Source of the DNA: Candidatus Galloscillospira stercoripullorum
GTDB taxonomy: Bacteria > Bacillota > Clostridia > Oscillospirales > Oscillospiraceae
NCBI GenBank assembly: GCA_018715695.1
Contig: DVLB01000027.1
Location: forward strand, 6,728-70,727
Length of the DNA: 64,000 nucleotides
Reading direction: 5' to 3'
In this document: piece after piece, positions 9,637 through 18,566 of the stretch
Numbering within the stretch: position 1 is the first letter of the stretch
Layout of the letters: each line of letters starts with the position of its first letter
Program-made: the position numbers and the translations under genes
The notes under the pieces: model-generated
Database searches by the model: none
Seen by the model: only the letters and a program-made list of their open reading frames with translations
Told to the model about the DNA's origin: nothing

Positions 9637-9699
9637 CTGTGGGAAGGGGGACAATCAGGGTCCCCCTTCCCTTTTTTTCATCGGTGTGATATAATGCCT

Positions 9700-9834
9700 G
9701 CGACTGGTCTCCAACCCAGTCCAACCGCCGCGGAGAAAGCCGCCCGGAGGCATTGCGTCAGACCTCCGGGGAAGGGACCCGCGGCATTGTGCGGGACGCA
9801 CGCACTCTAAACAAAAAATGGAGGTATTCTTGTC
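9700..9834 (+). promoter_or_regulatory. Structured 5' leader of queT; candidate preQ1-type riboswitch
   Basis: Stems GACTGG/CCAGTC and CCGGAGG/CCTCCGG, a GTGCG/CGCAC hairpin, then CTAAACAAAAAATGGAGG running into the SD. queT genes are commonly preQ1-controlled. The class was not confirmed. Confidence 0.35.
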
Positions 9835-10356
9835 ATGCGCAAATTTTCCGCCCGAGACCTGACCCTCGCCGCCGTGGTGGCGGCCATCTACTTCGTGCTG
9901 TGCTACTTCGGCAACATCTTCAGCCTCACCTTCGGCCCGGTGCAGGTGCGGCTGGGAGAGGCCCTCACCGTGCTGCCCTTCCTCTTTCCCGCCACGACGC
10001 CCGGCGTGGTACTGGGCTGCCTGCTGACCAACATCCTCTCCCCCTACGGCCCCATCGACATGGTGGTGGGCACCCTGGCCACCGCCATCGCCGCCGTGTG
10101 GACCATGAAGATGCCCCGGTGGTATCTGGCCGCCCTGCCCCCCATCGTCATGAACGCCCTATTGCTGCCCCCCATGTGGGCCTGGGCGGAGGCGGGGGCG
10201 GTGAACGGCGCTTTCTGGGCGTCCTACCTCTTCAACCTGTGGACCTTTGTGGTGGGCGAGGCCGTGGCCTGCTATGTGCTGGGCACCGTGCTGCTCAAGG
10301 CCCTGCCCCGGGTCCGGTATTTTCAGCCCATGATCCCCGCCGCCCGGCTCTCCTGA
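9835..10356 (+). CDS. queT: Queuosine-precursor transporter QueT
   Basis: 173-aa protein of about 5 TM segments. The N-terminus MRKFSARDLTLAAVVAAIYFVL and the PYGPIDM motif are typical of the QueT family. Confidence 0.8.
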   Translation: MRKFSARDLTLAAVVAAIYFVLCYFGNIFSLTFGPVQVRLGEALTVLPFLFPATTPGVVLGCLLTNILSPYGPIDMVVGTLATAIAAVWTMKMPRWYLAALPPIVMNALLLPPMWAWAEAGAVNGAFWASYLFNLWTFVVGEAVACYVLGTVLLKALPRVRYFQPMIPAARLS

Positions 10357-10405
10357 GCCGCCGGGGCGGCCTGGGTATCCAGAGTAAACGTTGGAGGTTA
10401 CTGCT

Positions 10406-11275
10406 ATGAAGGTACGCAAGGCCGTCATCCCCGCTGCCGGGCTGGGTACCCGGATGCTCCCCGCCACCAAGACCGTCCCCAAGGAGATGCTCCCCCTGGT
10501 GGACAAGCCGGTGATCCAGTACATCATCGAGGAGGCTGTGAACGCAGGCATTGAGGACATCCTCATCATCACCAACCGTTCCAAGTCCGCCATGGACGAC
10601 TACTTCGACTACTACCCCGAGCTGGAGACCCGGCTCAACCAGGCCGGCAAGGACAAGGAGCTCTCTGAGGTCCGCCGGGCCGCAGACCTGGCCAACATCT
10701 TCTACGTCCGCCAGAAGGAGACCAAGGGCCTGGGCCACGCCATCTCCCGGGCCCGGCGCTTCGTGGGGGACGAGCCCTTCGCCGTGCTGCTGGGGGACGA
10801 CATCATGCGCTCGGACAAGCCGGTCATCGGCCAGCTCATCGAGGCGGCGGAGAAATATGACGCCTCCGCCGTGGGGGTCCAGACCGTGGCCACCGAGGCC
10901 ATCAGCAAGTACTCCTCGGTGAAGGTCTCCCCCCTGGAGGAGCGGGTGTTCTCGGTGTCCGACATGAACGAGAAGCCCACACCCGCCGAGATGTTCTCCA
11001 ACTACGCCATCCTGGGGCGCTATGTCCTCACCCCCGACATCTTCGACATTCTGGACCGCCAGACCCCCGGCTACGGCGGTGAGATCCAGCTCACCGACGC
11101 CCTGCGCACCCTGTGTCTCCAGAAGCCCATGGTGGCGGTGGACTTTGAGGGCCGCCGGTACGACACCGGCAACCTCAGGGGCTTCCTGGAGGCCACCATC
11201 GACTTCTCCCTGGAGCACCCCGAGACCGGGGCGTGGCTGCGGGAATTTTTGAAGAACAAGTCCCACACACTGTAA
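10406..11275 (+). CDS. galU: UTP--glucose-1-phosphate uridylyltransferase
   Basis: MKVRKAVIPAAGLGTRMLPATKTVPKEMLP is the GalU signature. GGAGG lies 8 nt before the ATG at 10406; the ORF-track start at 10391 is TTG. Confidence 0.92.
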   Translation: MKVRKAVIPAAGLGTRMLPATKTVPKEMLPLVDKPVIQYIIEEAVNAGIEDILIITNRSKSAMDDYFDYYPELETRLNQAGKDKELSEVRRAADLANIFYVRQKETKGLGHAISRARRFVGDEPFAVLLGDDIMRSDKPVIGQLIEAAEKYDASAVGVQTVATEAISKYSSVKVSPLEERVFSVSDMNEKPTPAEMFSNYAILGRYVLTPDIFDILDRQTPGYGGEIQLTDALRTLCLQKPMVAVDFEGRRYDTGNLRGFLEATIDFSLEHPETGAWLREFLKNKSHTL

Positions 11276-11334
11276 GCACACAAAAAAGAGCCGGCGGCCC
11301 AAAGGCCGCCGGCTCCCTTTTTGTGGTGTCCGGA

Positions 11335-12606
11335 TCAGTCGTCGTAGTCGGTCTCCCAGTCCAGGATGACGCCGGTGACGGCGTTGATGTCGCACTCATA
11401 CTCGGTGCGGCCGTTGCGCAGCTCCAGCTCGTAGACATAGCGCCCGTCGTCCCGGTCCAGCTCGCACTTGACCACGGTGGTGCCGCTGGGCACCTTGGCA
11501 AGCGCGAGGCGCTTAGCCTCGTCGGCGGTGATGAGGTCGTCGCTGGTGACGGTGCCGGTCTGGCCGCCGATGACATAGTCCTCGATGTCCCGGTCATAGC
11601 TCAGGATGGCGCCGGTGGTGGCGTCGATGTCGTAGTCATACTCGGTGTTGCCCGCGTAGAACTCCACCTCGTACTTGAGGTACCCGTCATCCCGCTCCAG
11701 CTGGTTCTTGAGGACCACGGCGCTGGAGGCGGACACGCCCGCGTGCTTCAGGGCGATCTCCTGGGCCCGGGCGGCGGTGATGGAGGCCTGGGTGGCGGTG
11801 CCGGTCTGGCCGGCCTGATAGCCCTCCACGTCCCGGTCATAGCTCAGGATGGTGCCGCTGGTGGCGTCGATGTCGTAGTCGTACTCGGTGTTGCCCACAT
11901 AGAATTCCACCTCATACTTGAGGCGTCCGTCGTCCCGCTCCAGCTGGTTCTTGAGGATCACGGCGCTGGAGGCGGACACGCCCGCGTGCTTGAGCGCGAT
12001 CTCCTGGGCCTGGGCCGCGGTGATGGAGGCCTGGGTGGCAGTGCCGGAGTTCCACAGGTCGTGGATGGTGTAATTCTCCAGGTCGTGGTCCACGCTGAGG
12101 ATGGCGCCGGTAGTGGCGTCGATGTCGTAGTCATACTCGGTGTTGCCGGAGTAGAACTCCACCTCGTAGACCATGCGCCCGTCGTCGAAGTCCAGGCGGG
12201 CCTTGAGGAAGACGGCCTCGGCGGCGGTGACGCCGGCGTCGGCAAGGGCGATCTCCTTGGCCTTGTCAGCGGTGATATAGGTGGAGGCGGCGGGGTCGGC
12301 GGCCAGGGCCACCTCGCTGGTGGTGAGCTGGGCGGTGTTCTGGTCGGCCACATAGGTCACGTTCAGGCCGGCGGCCTCGCACACGGCCCGGATGGGACCA
12401 TAGATGGTGCCGTTGTAGTTGAAGAGGGCCACTTCGTTGCCCTGCTCATCCTTGGGGGTGAAGCGGGCGCCGTTGATGGTGACGCGGACGTTGTCGCTCA
12501 CGGAGATAGTGCGGCTGGCGGCCAGGGCGGACACGCCAAGACCGATGGCCAGGGCGGAAACCAGGACGCCGGAAACGAGACCTCTGACAAATCCTCTGTT
12601 CTTCAT
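11335..12606 (-). CDS. Secreted protein with an N-terminal copper-amine-oxidase-like stalk domain and four PepSY domains
   Basis: Signal peptide followed by four repeats of the unit ITA..A..IAL..AGV....V.....L..DDG...YEVEF..GNTEYDYDIDA.TG.IL. Confidence 0.8.
   Translation of the reverse strand: MKNRGFVRGLVSGVLVSALAIGLGVSALAASRTISVSDNVRVTINGARFTPKDEQGNEVALFNYNGTIYGPIRAVCEAAGLNVTYVADQNTAQLTTSEVALAADPAASTYITADKAKEIALADAGVTAAEAVFLKARLDFDDGRMVYEVEFYSGNTEYDYDIDATTGAILSVDHDLENYTIHDLWNSGTATQASITAAQAQEIALKHAGVSASSAVILKNQLERDDGRLKYEVEFYVGNTEYDYDIDATSGTILSYDRDVEGYQAGQTGTATQASITAARAQEIALKHAGVSASSAVVLKNQLERDDGYLKYEVEFYAGNTEYDYDIDATTGAILSYDRDIEDYVIGGQTGTVTSDDLITADEAKRLALAKVPSGTTVVKCELDRDDGRYVYELELRNGRTEYECDINAVTGVILDWETDYDD
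11350..12290. repeat. Intragenic tandem duplication (about 240-bp PepSY-coding units)
   Basis: The two central units (about 11590-11830 and 11830-12070) are near-identical at DNA level. The outer units are more diverged. Confidence 0.8.
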
Positions 12607-12745
12607 AGCTTGATTCTCCTTTTCTTCCCGCCGGGGGCGGGGTGTTGTTGGTTTTGTGTCCTTCTGCCCTAATAACGCCCCCGCCCCCGGTTTTATCGCA
12701 GGGGGAAGGGAAAATTTTTTATTTTTCTTTTTTGTGCCTTTCGTC

Positions 12746-12773
12746 TTGACATTTCCCTATTTTCCTATATAAT
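12746..12773 (+). promoter_or_regulatory. Sigma-A-type promoter upstream of rpsF
   Basis: TTGACA (12746-12751), a 16-nt spacer, then TATAAT (12768-12773), about 90 nt upstream of rpsF. Confidence 0.6.
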
Positions 12774-12865
12774 AATGTAGCTTGTTTGCGTGCCATCGCA
12801 GGCAATGCGATCCTTGCTCCCGCCAAAGAGCGGGGGCCATATGTCCATAAGGAGGTGCAAAGAAA

Positions 12866-13162
12866 ATGGCGAAACTCAACGCGAACTACGAAGTGGTGAT
12901 CATCTTCAAGCCCGACCTGGGCGAGGAGGCCACCGCCGCCGCTGTGGAGAAGTTCAAGGCTCTGGTGGCGGCCAACGGCACTCTGGGTGAGGTGGATGAG
13001 TGGGGCAAGCGCCGTCTGGCCTATCCCATCAACGACCTCAACGAGGGCTACTACGTCCTGATGACCTTCAGCTCCGCTCCCGCTTTCCCCGCCGAGCTGG
13101 ACCGCGTCCTCAAGATCACCGACAGCGTGATGCGCTCCATGATCGTCTGCAAGGACGAGTAA
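12866..13162 (+). CDS. rpsF: 30S ribosomal protein S6
   Basis: MAKLNANYEVVIIFKPDLGEE...WGKRRLAYPI, in the canonical rpsF-ssb-rpsR order. Confidence 0.95.
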   Translation: MAKLNANYEVVIIFKPDLGEEATAAAVEKFKALVAANGTLGEVDEWGKRRLAYPINDLNEGYYVLMTFSSAPAFPAELDRVLKITDSVMRSMIVCKDE

Positions 13163-13175
13163 GGAGGGGCCTGTC

Positions 13176-13631
13176 ATGCTCAACCGAATCATCCTCATGG
13201 GTCGCCTGACCCGCGACCCCGAGCTGCGGCACACCCAGACGGGTACCGCCGTGGCCTCCTTCTCCCTGGCCGTGGACCGGGACTTCAAGGACAAGCAGAC
13301 CGGCGAGCGCTCCACCGACTTTATCGACGTGGTGGCCTGGCGCCAGACCGGCGAGTTTGTCTCCCGCTACTTCACCAAGGGCCGCATGGCCGTGGTGGAG
13401 GGTCGGCTTCAGTCCCGCAAGTACACCGACCGGGACGGCAACAGCCGCACCGCCTTTGAGGTGGTGGCCGACAATGTGTATTTCGGCGACTCCAAGCGGG
13501 ATGGCGACGGCGGCTCCTATGTGGGCGCCGCTCCCGCTTACGGCGCCCCCTCCGGCAGCTATGCCCCCGCCGCTCCCTCCGGCAACGCCTTCGGCGACCT
13601 GGCCGACGACGACGGGGACCTGCCCTTCTGA
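13176..13631 (+). CDS. ssb: Single-stranded DNA-binding protein
   Basis: MLNRIILMGRLTRDPELR, an OB fold, a Gly/Pro-rich tail and the acidic DDDGDLPF tip. Confidence 0.95.
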   Translation: MLNRIILMGRLTRDPELRHTQTGTAVASFSLAVDRDFKDKQTGERSTDFIDVVAWRQTGEFVSRYFTKGRMAVVEGRLQSRKYTDRDGNSRTAFEVVADNVYFGDSKRDGDGGSYVGAAPAYGAPSGSYAPAAPSGNAFGDLADDDGDLPF

Positions 13632-13709
13632 CGGCGCCGGTCTTTACAACAACAAACGGTTTTCCGTGTATCATGGGGCTCTGCGCCCCAGGAAAGTGAG
13701 GTTACTACC

Positions 13710-13949
13710 ATGGCTATGGATAGAGAGCGCCCCCGCGGCCGCAAGCGCCGCAAGGTCTGCACCTTCTGTGTGGACAAGATGGAGCACATCGACTATAAGG
13801 ACTCCGCCAAGCTGCGCCGGTTCCTGTCCGAGCGGTCCAAGATCCTGCCCCGCCGGACCACCGGTACCTGCGCCATGCATCAGCGCCAGCTGACCGAGGC
13901 CATCAAGCGGGCCCGTCAGATCGCCCTGCTGCCCTACGTCACCGACTAA
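13710..13949 (+). CDS. rpsR: 30S ribosomal protein S18
   Basis: [10 protein letters not shown]...IDYKD...[27 protein letters not shown]. Confidence 0.95.
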   Translation: MAMDRERPRGRKRRKVCTFCVDKMEHIDYKDSAKLRRFLSERSKILPRRTTGTCAMHQRQLTEAIKRARQIALLPYVTD

Positions 13950-13986
13950 TATGACGTCAAAAAGGAGCTGTTCCCGTGGGAACAGC
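13949..13986 (+). terminator. Rho-independent terminator after rpsR
   Basis: GGAGCTGTTCCC / GGGAACAGCTCC 12-nt arms followed by TTTTTT. Confidence 0.8.
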
Positions 13987-14040
13987 TCCTTTTTTGCTGT
14001 GCAAACCCATGGACCGAAACGGCCCATACGCGCATAAACT

Positions 14041-14712
14041 TCATGCGCAGAAGCGGTGCTTGCCGATTACGGTGATCAGCGGGCGGCTCCAGATCCAGGA
14101 GCTGGTGGCGGTGGCGGGGTTGAAATAGTAGATGGCCCCGCCGCTGGGGTCGGCGCCGTTGAGGGCGTCCCGGGCGGCCTTGTAGGCCGAGTCGGCCACC
14201 GGCTGATCGAACTGCCCGTCCACCATGCAGGTGAAGGCCCCCGGCTGGTAGACCACCCCGGCGATGGTGTTGGGGAAGGAGGGGTGCTCCACCCGGTTGA
14301 GGATCACCGCCCCCACCGCCACCTGGCCACTGTACGGCTCCCCGCGGGCCTCGGCGGAGATGACCCGGGCCAGCAGGTCCACGCTCCCCTGCTGGGCCGA
14401 TGAGGTGCTGCCGCCGGTGGGCATGCCCAGGGCCTCCAGGGTCCTGGGCCCCACGATGCCGTCCACCGCCAGGCCGTTTTTACGCTGGAACTCCTTCACC
14501 GCCGCCGTGGTCTCCGAACCGAAGATGCCGTCTATGGCGCCGTCGTAATAGCCCCACCGCTGGAGCTTGGTCTGGATGGTGCGCACCGCCTCGCCGCTGG
14601 AGCCCTGGCGGTAGGTGGCCGCCTGGGCGCTCTGGGCCAGGGTGATGATGAGGATGTTCACCGCGAAGATCACCGCCAGCGACGCCATCAGCTTCCTTCT
14701 CTGTGCTCCCAT
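14041..14712 (-). CDS. SleB-family cell-wall hydrolase with an N-terminal peptidoglycan-binding domain
   Basis: Start reassigned to MGAQRRKLMASLAV (ATG at 14712, RBS AGGAAG). It has a signal/TM segment, a PG_binding_1-like repeat (GYYDGAIDGIFG...AVKEFQ) and the Hydrolase_2 motif ARVISAEARGEPY...ILNRV. Confidence 0.85.
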   Translation of the reverse strand: MGAQRRKLMASLAVIFAVNILIITLAQSAQAATYRQGSSGEAVRTIQTKLQRWGYYDGAIDGIFGSETTAAVKEFQRKNGLAVDGIVGPRTLEALGMPTGGSTSSAQQGSVDLLARVISAEARGEPYSGQVAVGAVILNRVEHPSFPNTIAGVVYQPGAFTCMVDGQFDQPVADSAYKAARDALNGADPSGGAIYYFNPATATSSWIWSRPLITVIGKHRFCA

Positions 14713-14869
14713 GGGCCTTACTTCCTTTCCGCATTCATGTGGCCTTAGTCTACGGTCTTTTCCGCCGGGATATGCGCCCGCGCGCCTTACAAAATCTCCC
14801 GCTTTGCGGCATAAGGACGGCAAAGTTGGGCCATACTGGAAAAGGAAAAGATCAGAAAGGAGCGATGAC

Positions 14870-15139
14870 ATGGTAAAAGGTGTGTCACGTCGGGTCATCA
14901 TCGTCAAGGCCCCCGACCCTCGGCTCTTCGAGCAGGCCATTTTTATCGTCCGGGAGGATGCCGCCACTCAGGGGGTCTCCGCCGAGCAGGTGCTCTCCGA
15001 GGCCCAACGGGTGGCTGACGGCTATATCCGGCGCAACAGCCGCATGGGGCGCAGGCTCTCCCGGGTGCGGGGACCGGCCTTTCTGGCCGTGGGCGCGGCC
15101 CTGGCTTCCCTGGCCTGGGGCCTGGTTCTTCTGCTCTGA
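14870..15139 (+). CDS. Small C-terminally membrane-anchored protein (hypothetical)
   Basis: RBS AAAGGAG lies 10 nt before the ATG at 14870. The 89-aa product ends in a hydrophobic helix. The upstream part of ORF 14615..15139 is antisense to the sleB-like gene. Confidence 0.6.
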   Translation: MVKGVSRRVIIVKAPDPRLFEQAIFIVREDAATQGVSAEQVLSEAQRVADGYIRRNSRMGRRLSRVRGPAFLAVGAALASLAWGLVLLL

Positions 15140-15154
15140 AAGCCTGGGGAGGGC

Positions 15155-15198
15155 AAAAAAAGCCTGACGACAAAATTTTGTCGCCAGGCTCCTTTTTT
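15155..15198. terminator. Bidirectional terminator between convergent genes
   Basis: AAAAAA-AGCCTGACGACA...TGTCGCCAGGCT-CCTTTTTT. Confidence 0.7.
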
Positions 15199-15199
15199 C

Positions 15200-16381
15200 T
15201 CAGATCTTGGTGAGGGGACGGTTCTTGAAGGTGACGTACTTGCGGATGGGCTCTCCCAGCAGGGGGCGGCACCACTCCACAAAGGCGTCGGTCACATCGT
15301 GGCCGTTGGGGTGGATGAACTCCTTGGGCATGGTACGCTCCTCCAGCATGACCTGCTCTATGGGGATGAGCATGGTCTCCACCTTGTATTCCTTGCCCTC
15401 CACGCGCTTGAGGCCCACCATCACGCCGTTCTCCCCGGCCAGAGCGGCCTTCACCGCCGTGGCGCCCACCAGGATGGCCTCCTCCCGGTCCACCGAGGAC
15501 TGGTAGGCCACGCTGGCCCGGCCGGCCAGCCCCGGCTTCTCGCTGCGGGCCTTGATGCCCAGCTTGCGGATGACCAGGTTTGCCAGGTGGGAGCCCACGT
15601 CCCCGTAGTACACCGCCCGGCCCACCTGGAAGATGGGGTCCACGATGGGCTTGCCGTCGGCGTTCTTCAGGCCCTCGCTGGCCACCACCACTACGCCGCC
15701 CTTCTCCTCGTGGAGCCGCTTGACGTCCCGGAGGAACTGCTCCTCGTCAAAGGGCAGCTCGGGCAGGTAGATGAGGTCGGGGCCGTCCCCGTCGCCGCTG
15801 CGGGCCAGGGCGGAGGCGGCGGTGGTCCAGCCGGCGTTTCGTCCCATGGCCTCGATGATGCAGACGTGGATGGGCAGGCTGCGCACGTCCTGGCTGATCT
15901 CGGCGGTGGTCTCGGCGATATAACGGGCGGCGCTGGCGAAGCCGGGGGCGTGGTCGGTGACCGAGATGTCGTTGTCCATGGTCTTGGGGATGCCCACCAT
16001 GTTCACCGTGAGCCCCGCCCGGACGCAGGCCTCATAGGCCTTGCCGCAGGTATCCATGCTGCCGTTGCCGCCGGTGAAGAAGGCATAGCGGATACCGTAC
16101 TTGGCGATGACCTGGGCCATGCGGTCGTAGTCGTCTTTCTCCATGGGGTCCCGGCTGGTGCCGATGGCGCTGCCGGGGGTTTGCTTGAGAAGCTCCAGCT
16201 CCTCCTGGGGCACGGTGAGCAGGTCCAGAAACTCCTCCCGCAGCACCGCGCCGCTGCCGCCGATGGCGGCGTAGAAATGCTCGATCTCAGGATGGGCCTT
16301 GGCCTCCATCACCGCGCCGTAGAGGGACGCGTTGATCACCGCAGTGGGGCCGCCGCCGTGAACGATCAGTGCGTTTGCCAT
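15200..16381 (-). CDS. 6-phosphofructokinase family enzyme (PFK; possibly PPi-dependent)
   Basis: MANALIVHGGGPTAVINASL, FFTGGNGSMDT and GIPKTMDNDI are PFK-family motifs. Confidence 0.85.
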   Translation of the reverse strand: MANALIVHGGGPTAVINASLYGAVMEAKAHPEIEHFYAAIGGSGAVLREEFLDLLTVPQEELELLKQTPGSAIGTSRDPMEKDDYDRMAQVIAKYGIRYAFFTGGNGSMDTCGKAYEACVRAGLTVNMVGIPKTMDNDISVTDHAPGFASAARYIAETTAEISQDVRSLPIHVCIIEAMGRNAGWTTAASALARSGDGDGPDLIYLPELPFDEEQFLRDVKRLHEEKGGVVVVASEGLKNADGKPIVDPIFQVGRAVYYGDVGSHLANLVIRKLGIKARSEKPGLAGRASVAYQSSVDREEAILVGATAVKAALAGENGVMVGLKRVEGKEYKVETMLIPIEQVMLEERTMPKEFIHPNGHDVTDAFVEWCRPLLGEPIRKYVTFKNRPLTKI

Positions 16382-16531
16382 GTATCCTTCCTCCTTTATT
16401 CCCCGTCCGCCCCGGTCCTCTTCCGAGCCGGACGCGCCTTGTCCCTGTTCTCTCTGTTCCGGCTGCGCCGGCTCCCCCGCCGCGCAGCCGCCACCATTAT
16501 AGCGCCGGAGCGCCCCTGTGTCAAAGGTCCC

Positions 16532-17677
16532 TCAGGCGCGGGTGTAGACTACCTCGCCCGCCACCACGGTGGCAGCCACCTCCAGCTCGTCGGTGAGCAG
16601 CACCGCGTCGCCGTCCGCGCCCGGGCGCAGGCGGCCCTTCTGGGGCAGACGCAGCAGGTCGGCGGGGTTCTCCGTGAGCAGCGGCAGCACCCGCTCCAGA
16701 CCTTCGCCAGTGAACTTCACCAGGTTGCGCAGGGCCTGGTCGGTGGTGAGGGTGCTGCCCGCCCGGGTGCCGTCCCGGACCAGCTTGGCGTCCCCATTCT
16801 CCACCACCACGTCGTTGACGCCCAGCTTATAGTACCCATCGGGCAGGCCGGCGGCCTGGATGCTGTCGGTGACCGCCACCACCCGGTCATAGCCCTTGCA
16901 CTTGAGCAGCATGCGCACGCTGCCCGGATGGAGGTGCCGCCCGTCGCAGATGGCCTCGCAGTAGACGTCGCTCTCCAGGGCGGCGCCCATAATGGCCGGC
17001 TCGTGCTGGTGGAACAGCCGCATGGCGTTGAAGGTGTGGGTGGTGGAGCGCACCCCCCGCTTCACGCAGTCCATGGCGGCGTCATACCCCGCCCCCGAGT
17101 GGCCCATGGCCACGGCGATCTCCCCACTGATGGCGCTCACCAGCTCGGGCACGCCCTCCACCTCGGGGGAGACGGTGATATACCGGATGGCGCCGCCGGA
17201 GCGCGCCTGACATGCCCGCACCCAGTCCGCGTCCCCCCGGCGCAGCAGCTCCTCGGGCATGGCCCCCTTATAGGCAGAGGCCAGGAAGGGCCCCTCCAGG
17301 TGGATGCCCAGGATGCGGGCACCGCCGGTGGGGGCGGCCATAGCCCGGGTGATGCGGTCGATGCACAGCTCGGTCTGCTCCTGGGTATCGGTGAGGACGC
17401 TGGTGAGAAAACCGGTGGTACCGTGGGAGGCGAAAAACCGGGCCAGGGTCCGCAGGTCCTCCTCCGTGGCGGCGTTCACGTCCACGTTCATGCCGCCGTG
17501 GGTGTGGATGTCCAGAAAGCCGGGGACGCAGTACCGCCCCTGGGCGGGCAGCACCTGGGCCTCCGGCGCCGAAAGCCCGGCTCCCACCGCGGCGATCTTC
17601 CCGTCCCGGATGAGCAGGTCGCCGGGGACGAAGGCCCCGTCCTGGTAGATCCGGGCATCTTTGATGAGAAGCTCCAT
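16532..17677 (-). CDS. nagA: N-acetylglucosamine-6-phosphate deacetylase
   Basis: PGFLDIHTHGG and LEGPF motifs on an amidohydrolase fold of about 380 aa. Confidence 0.88.
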   Translation of the reverse strand: MELLIKDARIYQDGAFVPGDLLIRDGKIAAVGAGLSAPEAQVLPAQGRYCVPGFLDIHTHGGMNVDVNAATEEDLRTLARFFASHGTTGFLTSVLTDTQEQTELCIDRITRAMAAPTGGARILGIHLEGPFLASAYKGAMPEELLRRGDADWVRACQARSGGAIRYITVSPEVEGVPELVSAISGEIAVAMGHSGAGYDAAMDCVKRGVRSTTHTFNAMRLFHQHEPAIMGAALESDVYCEAICDGRHLHPGSVRMLLKCKGYDRVVAVTDSIQAAGLPDGYYKLGVNDVVVENGDAKLVRDGTRAGSTLTTDQALRNLVKFTGEGLERVLPLLTENPADLLRLPQKGRLRPGADGDAVLLTDELEVAATVVAGEVVYTRA

Positions 17678-17937
17678 CTCATTTCCTCCTTGGGCCGCTC
17701 CGCGCCGTGGGGAGCGGCAGTCCGTGTTCTATTATTATACACGATTTTCCCGCGTTTGCAAAGCCTGCCGCTCCCTCCCGCTTTTATGCTCTATCTGGTC
17801 CCCGCTGTTGCCCCGAATGTAGGTGCAATTTCTTCCAGATATCCAGATGAAACCATCGTCTCTTCTGGTATAGCTGGAAAAAACCTGCGGATACTAAAGC
17901 GTGTCAAAGCGAAGAAACCGCAGGAGGAATTTGATAT

Positions 17938-18480
17938 ATGAAAGCAACTGGTATCGTGCGGCGCATCGACGACCTGGGCCGGGTAGTCATTCCCAAGGAG
18001 ATCCGCCGCACCATGCGCATCCGAGAGGGCGACCCTCTGGAGATCTACACCGACAAGGAGGGGGGCGTGATCTTCAAGAAGTACTCCCTCATGGGCGGAC
18101 TCTCCGATTTCGCCGCCCAGATGTGCGAGACGCTCAACAAGACCACCGGGCAGGTGGCCGTCATCACCGACCGGGACGCCTGCATCGCCGTGTCCGGCGC
18201 GCCCCGCCGGGACCTGGTGGACAAGCGCATCTCCGGCGAGCTGGAGCAGCTCATGGAGGGGCGCCAAATCTATCAGCACAAGGCCGGACAGGCTCCCCTC
18301 CCCGTCTGTGAGGACGCCGACCGGTACAGCGTCGTCACCGCCGCTCCCATCCTCTCCGAGGGGGACGTGCTGGGCTGCGTGCTCTTCGTGAGCACCGACG
18401 CCGACACTGAGGGCAGCGAGACCGATTACAAGCTGGCCCAGACCATCGCCGGCTTCCTGGGCCGGCACATGGAGGCATAA
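17938..18480 (+). CDS. spoVT: Stage V sporulation protein T (AbrB-family regulator)
   Basis: MKATGIVRRIDDLGRVVIPKEIRRTMRIREGDPLEIY is the SpoVT/AbrB swapped-hairpin N-terminus, followed by a GAF-like C-terminal domain. Confidence 0.92.
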   Translation: MKATGIVRRIDDLGRVVIPKEIRRTMRIREGDPLEIYTDKEGGVIFKKYSLMGGLSDFAAQMCETLNKTTGQVAVITDRDACIAVSGAPRRDLVDKRISGELEQLMEGRQIYQHKAGQAPLPVCEDADRYSVVTAAPILSEGDVLGCVLFVSTDADTEGSETDYKLAQTIAGFLGRHMEA

Positions 18481-18483
18481 ACG

Positions 18484-18524
18484 AAAAAAGGAGCGGGAGC
18501 TTTGTAAGCTCCCACTCCTTTTTC
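18484..18524. terminator. Bidirectional terminator (spoVT / ancestral asnS end)
   Basis: AAAAAAGGAGCGGGAGC-TTTGTAA-GCTCCCACTCCTTTTT. Confidence 0.75.
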
Positions 18525-18566
18525 GTTTAGAAATCCGCGTTGCCGACGGTGCGGGGGTGAGGAAGG

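Noticed and set aside
14615-14967. The N-terminal extensions of ORFs 14041..14967 (minus) and 14615..15139 (plus), which would overlap each other by about 350 nt.
   Set aside because: Internal starts with good Shine-Dalgarno sequences (14712 and 14870) give proteins beginning with a signal peptide and a compact small protein respectively, and they remove the overlap.
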